NCBI GenBank assembly: GCA_902799385.1
Contig: CADCAK010000003.1
Location: 27,888-91,887 of the forward strand
Length of the DNA: 64,000 nucleotides
Source of the DNA: an uncultured bacterium
GTDB lineage: Bacteria > Verrucomicrobiota > Kiritimatiellia > RFP12 > UBA1067
Reading direction: 5' to 3'
Of this stretch, positions 51,421 through 59,619 are shown in pieces. Below the pieces are notes generated by a model. The model saw nothing but the letters and a program-made list of their open reading frames with translations. It was not told where the DNA came from and ran no database searches. The stretch's first letter is position 1. Each line of letters opens with the position of its first letter. The translations under genes were made by a program, and so were the position numbers.

Positions 51421-51599
51421 ATCTTTTGGTCCATTGTCCGGGGGTTTTTCTCTCACCCTCCAAAGCCTTTCAAAAATCGTCCAGGGGTATGCCAAATTGT
51501 CCCGAGATTTGGGCCCCGCGAAACCCTTGTAATCCGGCCGCTTCTGCGTCTCTCGATGGCGCTGGCCTTGCCTTCGCGTTCTCCCATGAAAATTCGCTA

Positions 51600-51629
51600 T
51601 TGACTTCGCACCGAAAAGTTTGGTATACT
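51600..51629 (+). promoter_or_regulatory. promoter TTGACT-18-(TGG)TATACT for tRNA-Val
   Basis: The hexamers are near-consensus. The -10 ends 13 nt before the mature tRNA 5' end. Confidence 0.55.
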
Positions 51630-51642
51630 ATCCCGCGTTTTA

Positions 51643-51719
51643 GGGCTATTAGCTCAGTTGGTTAGAGCGCTTCCTTGACATGGAAGAGGTCAGTGGTTCG
51701 AATCCACTATAGCCCACCA
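51643..51719 (+). tRNA. tRNA-Val(GAC): tRNA-Val (anticodon GAC), CCA encoded
   Basis: A full cloverleaf was folded by hand. The acceptor is GGGCTAT/ATAGCCC, the D arm GCTC/GAGC, the anticodon stem CTTCC/GGAAG with loop TTGACAT, the T arm AGTGG-TTCGAAT-CCACT, and the discriminator A is followed by CCA. Confidence 0.95.
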
Positions 51720-51762
51720 TCTCCCCGCCCTCACAGTTGCCTGCATCTTGCGTTGCCAATTA

Positions 51763-51771
51763 TGGTATAAT
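51763..51771 (+). promoter_or_regulatory. extended -10 element TGGTATAAT
   Basis: An exact 9-mer lies 46 nt upstream of the HydG-like ATG, with GGAGGA in between. Confidence 0.5.
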
Positions 51772-51817
51772 ATACCGCCAACGCACCAAGCAGGGCGTTG
51801 GAGGAAAATTCCAGAAC

Positions 51818-53353
51818 ATGGCAGACGTTTCAAAGATAAGGAAGTTCAAGGACGCGGCTGACTACACGCGTAACTTCATCGTGCAGGAAGAGATCGACAA
51901 GTATCTTCCCGGCGGTAGGCATTTCATCGACGACGCGCAGATCTGCCGCTGCATCTCGGATATCGCCGAGAAGCCCGCGGACCCCGTGCGCGTCAGGGAA
52001 ATAATCGCGAAGAGTGAGTCGACTTGCGAGACTCTGCTCCACGAAGAGACGGCGGTGCTCATGTCCGCCGTCCACGACCCGCAGCTCTTCGCTGAGATGA
52101 GCGCGGCTGCCGACCGCATAAAGAAGAAAGTCTACGACAACCGCATCGTCGTCTTCGCGCCGCTCTACGTCGCCAACGCCTGCGTAAACGGCTGCCGCTA
52201 TTGCGGCTTCCGCGAGGGCAACGCCGAGCAGAAGCGCCGCGTCCTCACGATGGACGAGCTCAAGGAGGAAATCGACGTCCTCGCTGGGCGCATCGGCCAC
52301 AAGCGTCTCATCGCCGTCTACGGCGAGCATCCCACGACTTCGACCGAATACATCGCCGAGACGATCGAGACTTGCTACAACCGCCAGGTCAAGGCGCCGA
52401 AGACCGGCGCGCCTGTCGGCATCCGCCGCGTCAACGTCAACGCCGCGCCGCTTCCCGTCGAGGACTTGCGCGTCCTCAAGTCTGTCGGCATCGGCACGTT
52501 CCAGGTCTTCCAGGAGACTTACAATAGGAAGCTCTACGAGTCAATGCATCCGGCATGGAGCGTGAAGGGCAACTACGACTGGCGCACGACGTGCTTCCAC
52601 CGCTGCATGGAGGCGGGCGTCGACGACGTCGGGCTTGGCGTCCTCTACGGTCTCTGCGATTGGCGCTACGAACTTCTCGCGACCGTCATGCACGCGCGCG
52701 ATCTCGAGCGCTGGTTTAACATCGGCCCGCACACGCTCTCTTTCCCGCGCCTCGAACCCGCGAGCGGCACGAAGGTTCCCGAGGAGAGCCCGTGGCTTAT
52801 CGACGACGACACGTTTGCGAAGATCATCGTCCTCGCGCGCCTTTCCGTTCCCTACACCGGGATCATAATCACGGCGCGCGAGAGCCCCGCGAGCCGCAAC
52901 CGCGTCCTCGGCTACGGCATGACGCAGCTCGACTGCTCCAGCAACATCGCGATTAAGGGCTACAGCGACTTCGAGAACGAAGCGCACCAAGAGAAGGACC
53001 GCCAGCAGTTCATGCTCGGCGACACGCGCTCCCTCGACGAGATGGTTCGCTACCTCGCCTCGCGCGGCACAATCACGAGCTTCTGCACGGCGGGCTACCG
53101 CTGCGGGCGGACGGGCGGCTGCATCATGGACGCGCTCAAGACCGGGCGCGAGGGGAAGTTCTGCAAGATCAATGCGGTGCTCACTTTCCGCGAGTGGCTC
53201 GACGACTTCGCCTCGGACGAGACGCGCAAGATAGGCGACGCGCTTATCGAGAAGGAGCTCGCCGGAATCAAGGAGTGGGTGCCGAAGTTCTACCCTTCGG
53301 TGATGAAGCAGTACGAGGCCACCTGCCGCGGCGAGCGCGATTTGTTCTTCTAA
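51818..53353 (+). CDS. hydG: radical SAM enzyme of the HydG/ThiH (tyrosine lyase) family
   Basis: FAPLYVANACVNGCRYCGF is the CX3CX2C motif. The C-terminal ITSFCTAGYRCGRTGGCIMD...C motif is like the HydG auxiliary-cluster region. The start was chosen at ATG 51818 after GGAGGA. Confidence 0.7.
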   Translation: MADVSKIRKFKDAADYTRNFIVQEEIDKYLPGGRHFIDDAQICRCISDIAEKPADPVRVREIIAKSESTCETLLHEETAVLMSAVHDPQLFAEMSAAADRIKKKVYDNRIVVFAPLYVANACVNGCRYCGFREGNAEQKRRVLTMDELKEEIDVLAGRIGHKRLIAVYGEHPTTSTEYIAETIETCYNRQVKAPKTGAPVGIRRVNVNAAPLPVEDLRVLKSVGIGTFQVFQETYNRKLYESMHPAWSVKGNYDWRTTCFHRCMEAGVDDVGLGVLYGLCDWRYELLATVMHARDLERWFNIGPHTLSFPRLEPASGTKVPEESPWLIDDDTFAKIIVLARLSVPYTGIIITARESPASRNRVLGYGMTQLDCSSNIAIKGYSDFENEAHQEKDRQQFMLGDTRSLDEMVRYLASRGTITSFCTAGYRCGRTGGCIMDALKTGREGKFCKINAVLTFREWLDDFASDETRKIGDALIEKELAGIKEWVPKFYPSVMKQYEATCRGERDLFF

Positions 53354-53376
53354 GGGCAGTATTCCGCCGTTATTTT

Positions 53377-53385
53377 TGGTATAAT
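53377..53385 (+). promoter_or_regulatory. extended -10 element TGGTATAAT giving a leaderless ntpD mRNA
   Basis: The 9-mer ends 7 nt before ATG 53393 and there is no SD. Confidence 0.55.
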
Positions 53386-53392
53386 ATCGCCA

Positions 53393-54001
53393 ATGGCCAA
53401 AGTCAAGCTAACGAAAACGGAACTCAAGGCGCAGACGGACGCTCTCAAGCGTTTCCAGCGCTTTCTGCCTATGCTTCAGCTAAAGAAGCAGCAGCTGCAG
53501 AGCGAGATTGCCGGCATCATGGCCAAGGCCGAGGCCGTGAGCGCCAGGGAACGCGCCGTCCGCGAGGGCTTGAACAAGTGGGTCGGCCTCATTGCGACCG
53601 ATGAAGGGCTGCTTCCGGGGCTCGTCAGCGTGAAGAGCATAAAAAGGGGCGAGTCCAACATAGCTGGCGTCGCGATACCGACGTTTGAGTCAATAGAGAC
53701 CGACGTGAAGGAGATCGACGCATGGGCGACACCCGCGTGGGTCGACGATGCGGTCGAGGTCACGACGCAGATACTCTCCCTCCAGTGCGAACGCCAAGTA
53801 TACGAGGAGCAGCGGCGGCTCGTCACCGAGGAGCTTCGCCAGACTTCCCAGCGCGTAAACCTTTTCGAGAAGGTCAAGATTCCACAGTGCAAGGAGGCGA
53901 TTCGCGTCATCAAGATCGCCCTTGGCGACGAGCAGACTGCCGCCGTCACGCGCGGCAAGATCGCGAAGTCACGCGCTCCCGAAAGCGAGGTGGCGGCATG
54001 A
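53393..54001 (+). CDS. ntpD: V-type ATP synthase subunit D
   Basis: The 202-aa product begins KLTKTELKAQTDALKRFQRFLPMLQLKKQQL, which is a typical subunit-D coiled coil. Confidence 0.85.
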   Translation: MAKVKLTKTELKAQTDALKRFQRFLPMLQLKKQQLQSEIAGIMAKAEAVSARERAVREGLNKWVGLIATDEGLLPGLVSVKSIKRGESNIAGVAIPTFESIETDVKEIDAWATPAWVDDAVEVTTQILSLQCERQVYEEQRRLVTEELRQTSQRVNLFEKVKIPQCKEAIRVIKIALGDEQTAAVTRGKIAKSRAPESEVAA

Positions 54002-55659
54002 TAGTAAAGATGCTCCATCTCGACCTCGTGTGCCTCGCCGCTGGGAAGGACGAGACGCTTGCTCGGCTTCGCGACCTCGGCGCTGTCCATCTCGACCTTT
54101 CGTCCGCGCAGGGTGCCGCCGTGGCGGCGGCGAAGGGCGCGTCCGCAGACGCCGAGAAGGCCGTCCGCCTGATTCTCAAGTCGCGCGGCAAGGAGAAGGA
54201 CATAAACATCCACGAGCGTTCAGTGGCGGAAATCCTCGCCATCGACGCCGATCGCGAGACGCTGAAGGGCGCGAAGGACGAGCTTGAGCGGATGATACGT
54301 TCGTACGAGCCCTACGGCGACTTCGACCCCGAGCTTGCGGAGCGATTGCTGAAGGATGTAGATGGACTGCGCGACGTGGTGTCGCTTCCGGAGAAACTAC
54401 CGCCCATGCGCCTTTCGAAGATGCGTGAGAAGCTTGACCGCATCGAGAATCGCATTACCATAGACATCGCGAAGATTGCTGGCAGCGATGAGAGCGCAAT
54501 TTTGAAGCAGTATCCCGCACTTGCCGACAAGATCGCGTTCGAGTCGGCGAAGGAGCTCGTGGGCGAGCAGGGCGAGTTGGCGTTCGTCTCTGGCTGGGTC
54601 CCAGTCACGCGCAGCGATACGTTTCTGGCCGCCGTACGCGAGAATGGCTGGGGGGCGCTTCTGCGCGAGCCCGTCGACGGCGAGATCCCTCCGACGCTCA
54701 TCGAGCCGCCGAAGCTCTTCCGTCCGGTGACGGCTCTCTTCTCGGGGCTTGGCATTGCGCCTGCCTACACGGAGTCTGACGTGTCGGTTCCGTTCTTCTG
54801 CTATTTCACAATCTTCTTTGCGATGCTCGTAGGCGACGGCGGCTATGGCGCCCTGATACTCGCGCTCACGATCTTCGGGTGGTTCAAGACGCGCAATCAG
54901 CGGACGCTTGTCGCAAAGAGCTGGCTGACGCTCCTGACCGTATTCTCGTCTGCGACGGTTCTCTGGGGGCTTCTCTCGAACACCTGGTTCGGTGCGGGGA
55001 TTCCGTGGTGCGCCGACTGGCCGACAGTGAAGTGGCTCGCAGATCCAAGCTACAAGAACATGATGCTTCTTTGTTTCACAATCGGCGTCTCCCACCTGAT
55101 GATCGCGCGAATCTGGACTGGAATTACGATCATCAACGACCGCCGCTGCCTCGCGCAGTTTGGCTGGGCAGGAGTCGTCCTCTTCATGTATCTCGTCACG
55201 AACTCCATCGTCGGCATATTCTCCGGAATCCCGATGTGGGCGTTCTGGATGTTTGGCGTCTCCCTTGTCCTCGTCTTCGGCTTCACGCTGAAGGGCGACG
55301 AGCTCAAGACTCGCGGCGTAGAGCTCGGCATGCTGCCGCTCAACATCATGAGCACGCTTGGCGACGTAATCTCGTATGTCCGCCTTTTCGCCGTTGGGCT
55401 TGCCTCCGTCAAGGTCGCCGAGAATTTCAACGACATGGCGCTTTCGATCTTCAACTGCACCGACATGGTCTGGCTAAAGCCGGTTACGGCGATCGGCATG
55501 ATCCTCGTGCTCCTCATCGGCCACGGGCTCAACTTCGCCATGGCGGGGCTCTCGATTCTCGTCCACGCGGTGCGACTCAACACCCTCGAGTTCTCCAACC
55601 ACAAGGGCGTGACTTGGGCTGGCTATGCGTTCAGTCCGTTCCGCAAAACCTCCACTTAA
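53998..55659 (+). CDS. ntpI: V-type ATP synthase subunit I
   Basis: The ATG overlaps the ntpD stop. A soluble N-terminal half is followed by a multi-TM C-terminal half containing VSYVRLFAVGLAS (the conserved Arg helix). Confidence 0.85.
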   Translation: MIVKMLHLDLVCLAAGKDETLARLRDLGAVHLDLSSAQGAAVAAAKGASADAEKAVRLILKSRGKEKDINIHERSVAEILAIDADRETLKGAKDELERMIRSYEPYGDFDPELAERLLKDVDGLRDVVSLPEKLPPMRLSKMREKLDRIENRITIDIAKIAGSDESAILKQYPALADKIAFESAKELVGEQGELAFVSGWVPVTRSDTFLAAVRENGWGALLREPVDGEIPPTLIEPPKLFRPVTALFSGLGIAPAYTESDVSVPFFCYFTIFFAMLVGDGGYGALILALTIFGWFKTRNQRTLVAKSWLTLLTVFSSATVLWGLLSNTWFGAGIPWCADWPTVKWLADPSYKNMMLLCFTIGVSHLMIARIWTGITIINDRRCLAQFGWAGVVLFMYLVTNSIVGIFSGIPMWAFWMFGVSLVLVFGFTLKGDELKTRGVELGMLPLNIMSTLGDVISYVRLFAVGLASVKVAENFNDMALSIFNCTDMVWLKPVTAIGMILVLLIGHGLNFAMAGLSILVHAVRLNTLEFSNHKGVTWAGYAFSPFRKTST

Positions 55660-55705
55660 CCACCAAACTATCCAACCACTTAAACAACACAGAAGGGAAA
55701 ACACA

Positions 55706-56158
55706 ATGAACGAAGCAGCATTGGTCATCGCAGGCGCAGTCGCCTGCTTGGGAATGAGCGCCGCAGGCTCGGCGTTCGGCACCGGTTTCGCCGCGTCCGC
55801 AGCGGTCGGCGCATGGAAGAAGTGCTATGCAGCCGGCAAGCCCGCGCCGTTCATTCTGCTTGGCCTCGTCGGCGCGCCCATCACGCAGACCCTGTACGGG
55901 ATGATTCTCATGTTCATCATGTTCATGAAGCGCGACATTGCCGGCGCCGGCGTTCCCTGCATTATCCTCGGCATCTTCGCCGGGCTTGGCATTGGACTTT
56001 CCGCGCTCTTTCAGGGTCGTGCCGCCGCCGCCGCCTGCGACGCGCAGGGCGAGACGGGCCAGGGCCTCACGAACTACTTCGGCGCGCTCGGTATCGTTGA
56101 GACGGTCGCCATTTTCACGATGGTCTTTGCGATCATCGCGATCATGTTCATCAAGTAA
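55706..56158 (+). CDS. ntpK: V-type ATP synthase subunit K (proteolipid)
   Basis: The 150-aa product has four Gly/Ala-rich helices. AAGGGAAAA lies upstream. Confidence 0.85.
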   Translation: MNEAALVIAGAVACLGMSAAGSAFGTGFAASAAVGAWKKCYAAGKPAPFILLGLVGAPITQTLYGMILMFIMFMKRDIAGAGVPCIILGIFAGLGIGLSALFQGRAAAAACDAQGETGQGLTNYFGALGIVETVAIFTMVFAIIAIMFIK

Positions 56159-57826
56159 ATGCGGCTCCGGCCGAAACACGCCTGGCTCCTCGCCTTCGTC
56201 GCCATTTTCGCGGCGTTGGCGGGGTTCGTTTTCTGGGGGACGTGGAGCCCCGAGATGGCGCCGGTCATGCCGGACTGCCCGACGTCTTACTCCACATACT
56301 GGTTCCGCGACTGGCTGCGCGGCTGGCTTGAGACCGGAAAGTTCGCGCCGGCCGAGGCGATTAACTGGATAGGGAGCCCCTATCTCTGGACGGAGTTCCA
56401 GTACGCGTTCGCCGCGTTTATGGCGGCGCTTGGAATGGTGTATTTCCTTCGTGGGAGAGGACTTCCCCGCGTCGCGGCTTACGGCGCGGGGCTTTTGCTT
56501 GCGTTCTCGGGTTATTGGTTTACGCTCTTTTCCGCCGGACACCTCGGCTGGTTCCAGTGGATGACCTACGGCGTATTCGTCTTCGGACTTATCGACCGCG
56601 CGCTTGAGAAGGGCAAGCCGCGCCACTGGCTTCTGCTCGGCGCATGCCTTGCATGGGGTTCGATGCACCAGCCCGACTTGTGGTTGCTCTTTTCGGGTTT
56701 CTCTGCGGCGTATTTTGTGTTTCGGCTGGCAGTCGTTCTGCATGACACGGCGCGCGACGCGCGACGCGCGACGCTTTTTAGATGGGTGAAGGGCGCGGCG
56801 ATGGCGCTCGCCGCGCTTCTCGCAATCGGCGGCGCGAGCTTCAGAAGCGCGTTCGTGAACGATCTCGCAGGACGCGACAAGCAGATAGAGGAAGGTCAGA
56901 CCCTCGGCGCAAACGCCGCGAAAGACGACGCCGAGAAGCGCTGGATATTCGTCACTAACTGGTCGATGCCGCCTGAAGCGACAAAGGAGTTCTGGCACGC
57001 CGGAGTCGAAGGCGACACGAGCTGCCCGTTTACGCTTGCGATAGGGCAGAAGCGCGGCAATGGAATTCGTCAGTATGTAACTACCGCCAGCACTCGCTCT
57101 ATGTCGGGTGGGTAACGTGCTTTCTTGCGGTTCTTGGACTTCTCTCGGCGCTGCTGCCCTGGTTGCGAGACGCTGGACACGAGACTCGCGCGACAGGCGA
57201 TGGCCGACAGTCGACAATGGACAGCCCGTCTAACACTAATAATTCGGCAATCATCTTTTTCGCCGTTTCGGCCGTTGTTTTCTGGTTGTTCTCGATGGGG
57301 CGCTACTGCGAGCCTGTCTACCGTCTTGTCTATGCGCTGCCCTTCGGCGACTACTTGAGAGCGCCGGTCAAGTGGCATCACCTCACCGAGTTCTGCCTTT
57401 GCGTCCTAGCGGGGTATGGGCTTGCCATGCTGCGCTTCCGTTTTGTGCCGTCTGCCCTGCGCAAAGCATCGCCAGATTCTTCGCCTGCTGCCAATCGTGC
57501 GGCGCTCATCGCTACAAGTCTGGTCGCCATGTGGGTTGTTATCGGGTTGACTCATCTTGTTCCGAATGCCCGCCTCTACTGCGCGCCGCATAGGGCCGAC
57601 GCGGACATGCAGTTTGTCGACGGACGCATGTTGCAGGATCCGCGCGGCGTAGCGCAGCTCAACCAGATGCGCGCGCGTGTTCTCGGCACCTATCAGGGCG
57701 AAGAAGAAGCCGAAGGACGAGTCCGCGTCTGAGCTGCCGAGCCCGCAGCCGATAACTCTTGCGCTCGGAATCCTCTCGCTCGTCGGTACTCTTGCCGTCG
57801 GTGCATACGGAATTAAGAAGTCATGA
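56159..57826 (+). pseudogene. polytopic membrane protein gene interrupted by two apparent frameshifts
   Basis: Three consecutive coding-looking segments lie in frames 2, 1 and 2: 56159-57115, about 57076-57732, and about 57680-57826. The segments overlap at the junctions near 57075 and 57700. The last segment ends in a TM anchor, LALGILSLVGTLAVGAYG. Confidence 0.45.
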
Positions 57827-58068
57827 ATACGGCAGAGGCGTTTTCAGATCCAATGCGGCGCGAGGAATTCTTCGCTCTTGCCGCGCAAATATTCGGCGTT
57901 GACCGCGCGTCTATAGACGGTGCAACCGCCTACGAGTCGATCACTGGCTGGGACAGCGTGAATCACCTTCGTCTCGTGATGGAAACGGAACGCGCGTTTG
58001 GCGTGAAGTATCCGTTTGAGAGAATTCCGTCGCTAATGACGCTCAACGATTTTCTATCAGTAGAATAG
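57823..58068 (+). CDS. acyl/peptidyl carrier protein-like
   Basis: The 81-aa product has a four-helix pattern with GWDSVNHLRL, where Ser sits in the phosphopantetheine-attachment position. Confidence 0.6.
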   Translation: MNTAEAFSDPMRREEFFALAAQIFGVDRASIDGATAYESITGWDSVNHLRLVMETERAFGVKYPFERIPSLMTLNDFLSVE

Positions 58069-58120
58069 CATCTGTTGGCGGAGGAGCCTTCGGCCACCAC
58101 CGCGATTTTAAAATTCGCGC

Positions 58121-58150
58121 TTGCGCGAATTGAGCCATATTTGGTATAAT
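58121..58150 (+). promoter_or_regulatory. promoter TTGCGC-18-(TGG)TATAAT for the ribosomal-protein cluster
   Basis: An exact TGGTATAAT is present at 58142-58150. Confidence 0.5.
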
Positions 58151-58263
58151 TTGCGCCGTTTTGCCGCGGAGGGTAGCGACGAGTGTCGCGAGAGTATGCG
58201 GTCAGATTACCAGAAAAGGCATAAGATGGATCAGATAAGGATCAAGGCGGAATTCCCGGTTCG

Positions 58264-58851
58264 GTGATGAAGATGAAGAAGGGCGGCACCGAGCTGATCA
58301 AGCTCCCTGCGCACGACTTCATGATGGCGACGCGCGGCCACGCGAGCAAGCAGCTCCTGGTCACGCTCGATCTCGACGGCAGGGAAGTTCCCGCGCTCAT
58401 GCGCGAAATGCAGAACGACGTCCTTGCCGGAACCCCGATACACGTAGACTTCAGCGAAGTGTCGCTGACCGAGAAGGTTCGCGTCACCGTCCCGCTGTAC
58501 CTCGTGGGCGAACCTGTTGGCGTGAAGCTCGGCGGCGGCGTCCTCGAACAGACGCTCCGCACCGTCGACGTCGACTGCCTGCCGACCGACATCGCGGAGA
58601 AGTTCGAGATTGACGTCTCGGAGCTCGGCCTCGACCAGACGCTGTTCGTCCGCGACCTCAAGCTCGGCGACAAGCAGACCGTCGTAACGCGCGGCGAAGT
58701 TCCCGTGGCGGTCGTCAAGGCTCCCGATGACGTTCCTGCGTCCGGTGCCGCCGCCGCTGCGGCAGGCGCCCCCGCCGCAACACCTGAGGTCATCAAGAAG
58801 GGCAAGGAAGAAGAGGCCGCTGCGGCCGACAAGAAGGAGGAGAAGAAGTAA
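58264..58851 (+). CDS. rplY: ribosomal protein L25/Ctc (5' end unresolved)
   Basis: The central and C-terminal Ctc domains are clear (PIHVDFSEV, VPLYLVGEPVGVKLGGGVLEQ). The conserved G-IPG-V motif lies upstream of the first in-frame start, beyond which the frame is closed (see findings). Confidence 0.7.
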   Translation: MMKMKKGGTELIKLPAHDFMMATRGHASKQLLVTLDLDGREVPALMREMQNDVLAGTPIHVDFSEVSLTEKVRVTVPLYLVGEPVGVKLGGGVLEQTLRTVDVDCLPTDIAEKFEIDVSELGLDQTLFVRDLKLGDKQTVVTRGEVPVAVVKAPDDVPASGAAAAAAGAPAATPEVIKKGKEEEAAAADKKEEKK

Positions 58852-59144
58852 TGAAGAAGTACGATGCTCTCTACATCTTCGTCGGCAGTGCGTTCTCGCG
58901 GCCGCTGGGCAAGCGCGACAGCGGCGTATACGTCAAGGTTCGCATGGAGCTCGACCCCTCCAAGGTCGACGAGCTAGTCAACCGCTACCACCTCGTCGAA
59001 GAGGTGTTCCGCGTGCAGATCCTCGCCGTCGACGAGCGCCGCGAGGCGAAGATCGCCGCCGAGCGCGCGGCACGCGCCGAGCGCCAGGCCAAGAAGGATG
59101 CGGCAGCTGCTGTAGCTGCGGCGTCGGTCGTCGAGGAAGCGTAA
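58851..59144 (+). CDS. rpsF: ribosomal protein S6, unusually short core
   Basis: The N-terminus MKKYDALYIF and the block SRPLGKRDSGVYVKVRMELDPSKVDELVNRY..VFRVQIL match S6. It has the canonical position upstream of ssb-rpsR-rplI. Confidence 0.65.
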   Translation: MKKYDALYIFVGSAFSRPLGKRDSGVYVKVRMELDPSKVDELVNRYHLVEEVFRVQILAVDERREAKIAAERAARAERQAKKDAAAAVAAASVVEEA

Positions 59145-59162
59145 CCTTACAGGAGAACTGAG

Positions 59163-59594
59163 ATGGCCTCCTTCAACAAAGTGATTCTGATGGGCAACCT
59201 GACGCGCGACCCGGACGTCCGCGCGACTGGGGCGAGCGGTATGAAAGTCGCACGCCTCGGCCTCGCCGTCAACGAGCGCAGGAGGGACCGCAACGGGCAG
59301 ATGCAGGACTTCCCCGTGTTCGTCGATGTAGACGCATGGGACAAGCTTGCGGAGCTGTGCGGGCAGTTTCTCGTCAAGGGAAGCCCAGTCCTCGTCGAGG
59401 GCCGCCTTCAGATGGACACTTGGGAGAAGGACGGTGTCAGGCACCAGAAGCTCAAGGTCAGGGCCCTCGCGGTCAAGTTCCTTGGGCCAAGGGGAGAGGC
59501 GCGGCCCCAGCAGCCCGCCTCCGCGCAGAGGCCGGAACCGCCGATGCCCCAGTCAAACCCCCTGGAGTCCGATCCCGACGACATCCCGTTCTGA
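59163..59594 (+). CDS. ssb: single-stranded DNA-binding protein
   Basis: An OB fold (NKVILMGNLTRDPDVR) is followed by a Pro/Gln-rich linker and the acidic tip DPDDIPF. Confidence 0.9.
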   Translation: MASFNKVILMGNLTRDPDVRATGASGMKVARLGLAVNERRRDRNGQMQDFPVFVDVDAWDKLAELCGQFLVKGSPVLVEGRLQMDTWEKDGVRHQKLKVRALAVKFLGPRGEARPQQPASAQRPEPPMPQSNPLESDPDDIPF

Positions 59595-59619
59595 CAAAAT
59601 CTAAAAAGGAACCACTAAA

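Noticed and set aside
51134-51532. 132-aa + strand ORF across the repeat-rich patch, plus ORFs at 51096-51293 and 51426-51665.
   Set aside because: They span palindromes and iteron-like repeats, have low-complexity translations and no start context. One of them runs into the tRNA gene.
58235-58250. Programmed -1 ribosomal frameshift in rplY
   Set aside because: There is no X-XXY-YYZ slippery heptamer and no obvious downstream pseudoknot. Two further frame breaks lie in the gene just upstream, so an indel (biological or assembly) is more likely.
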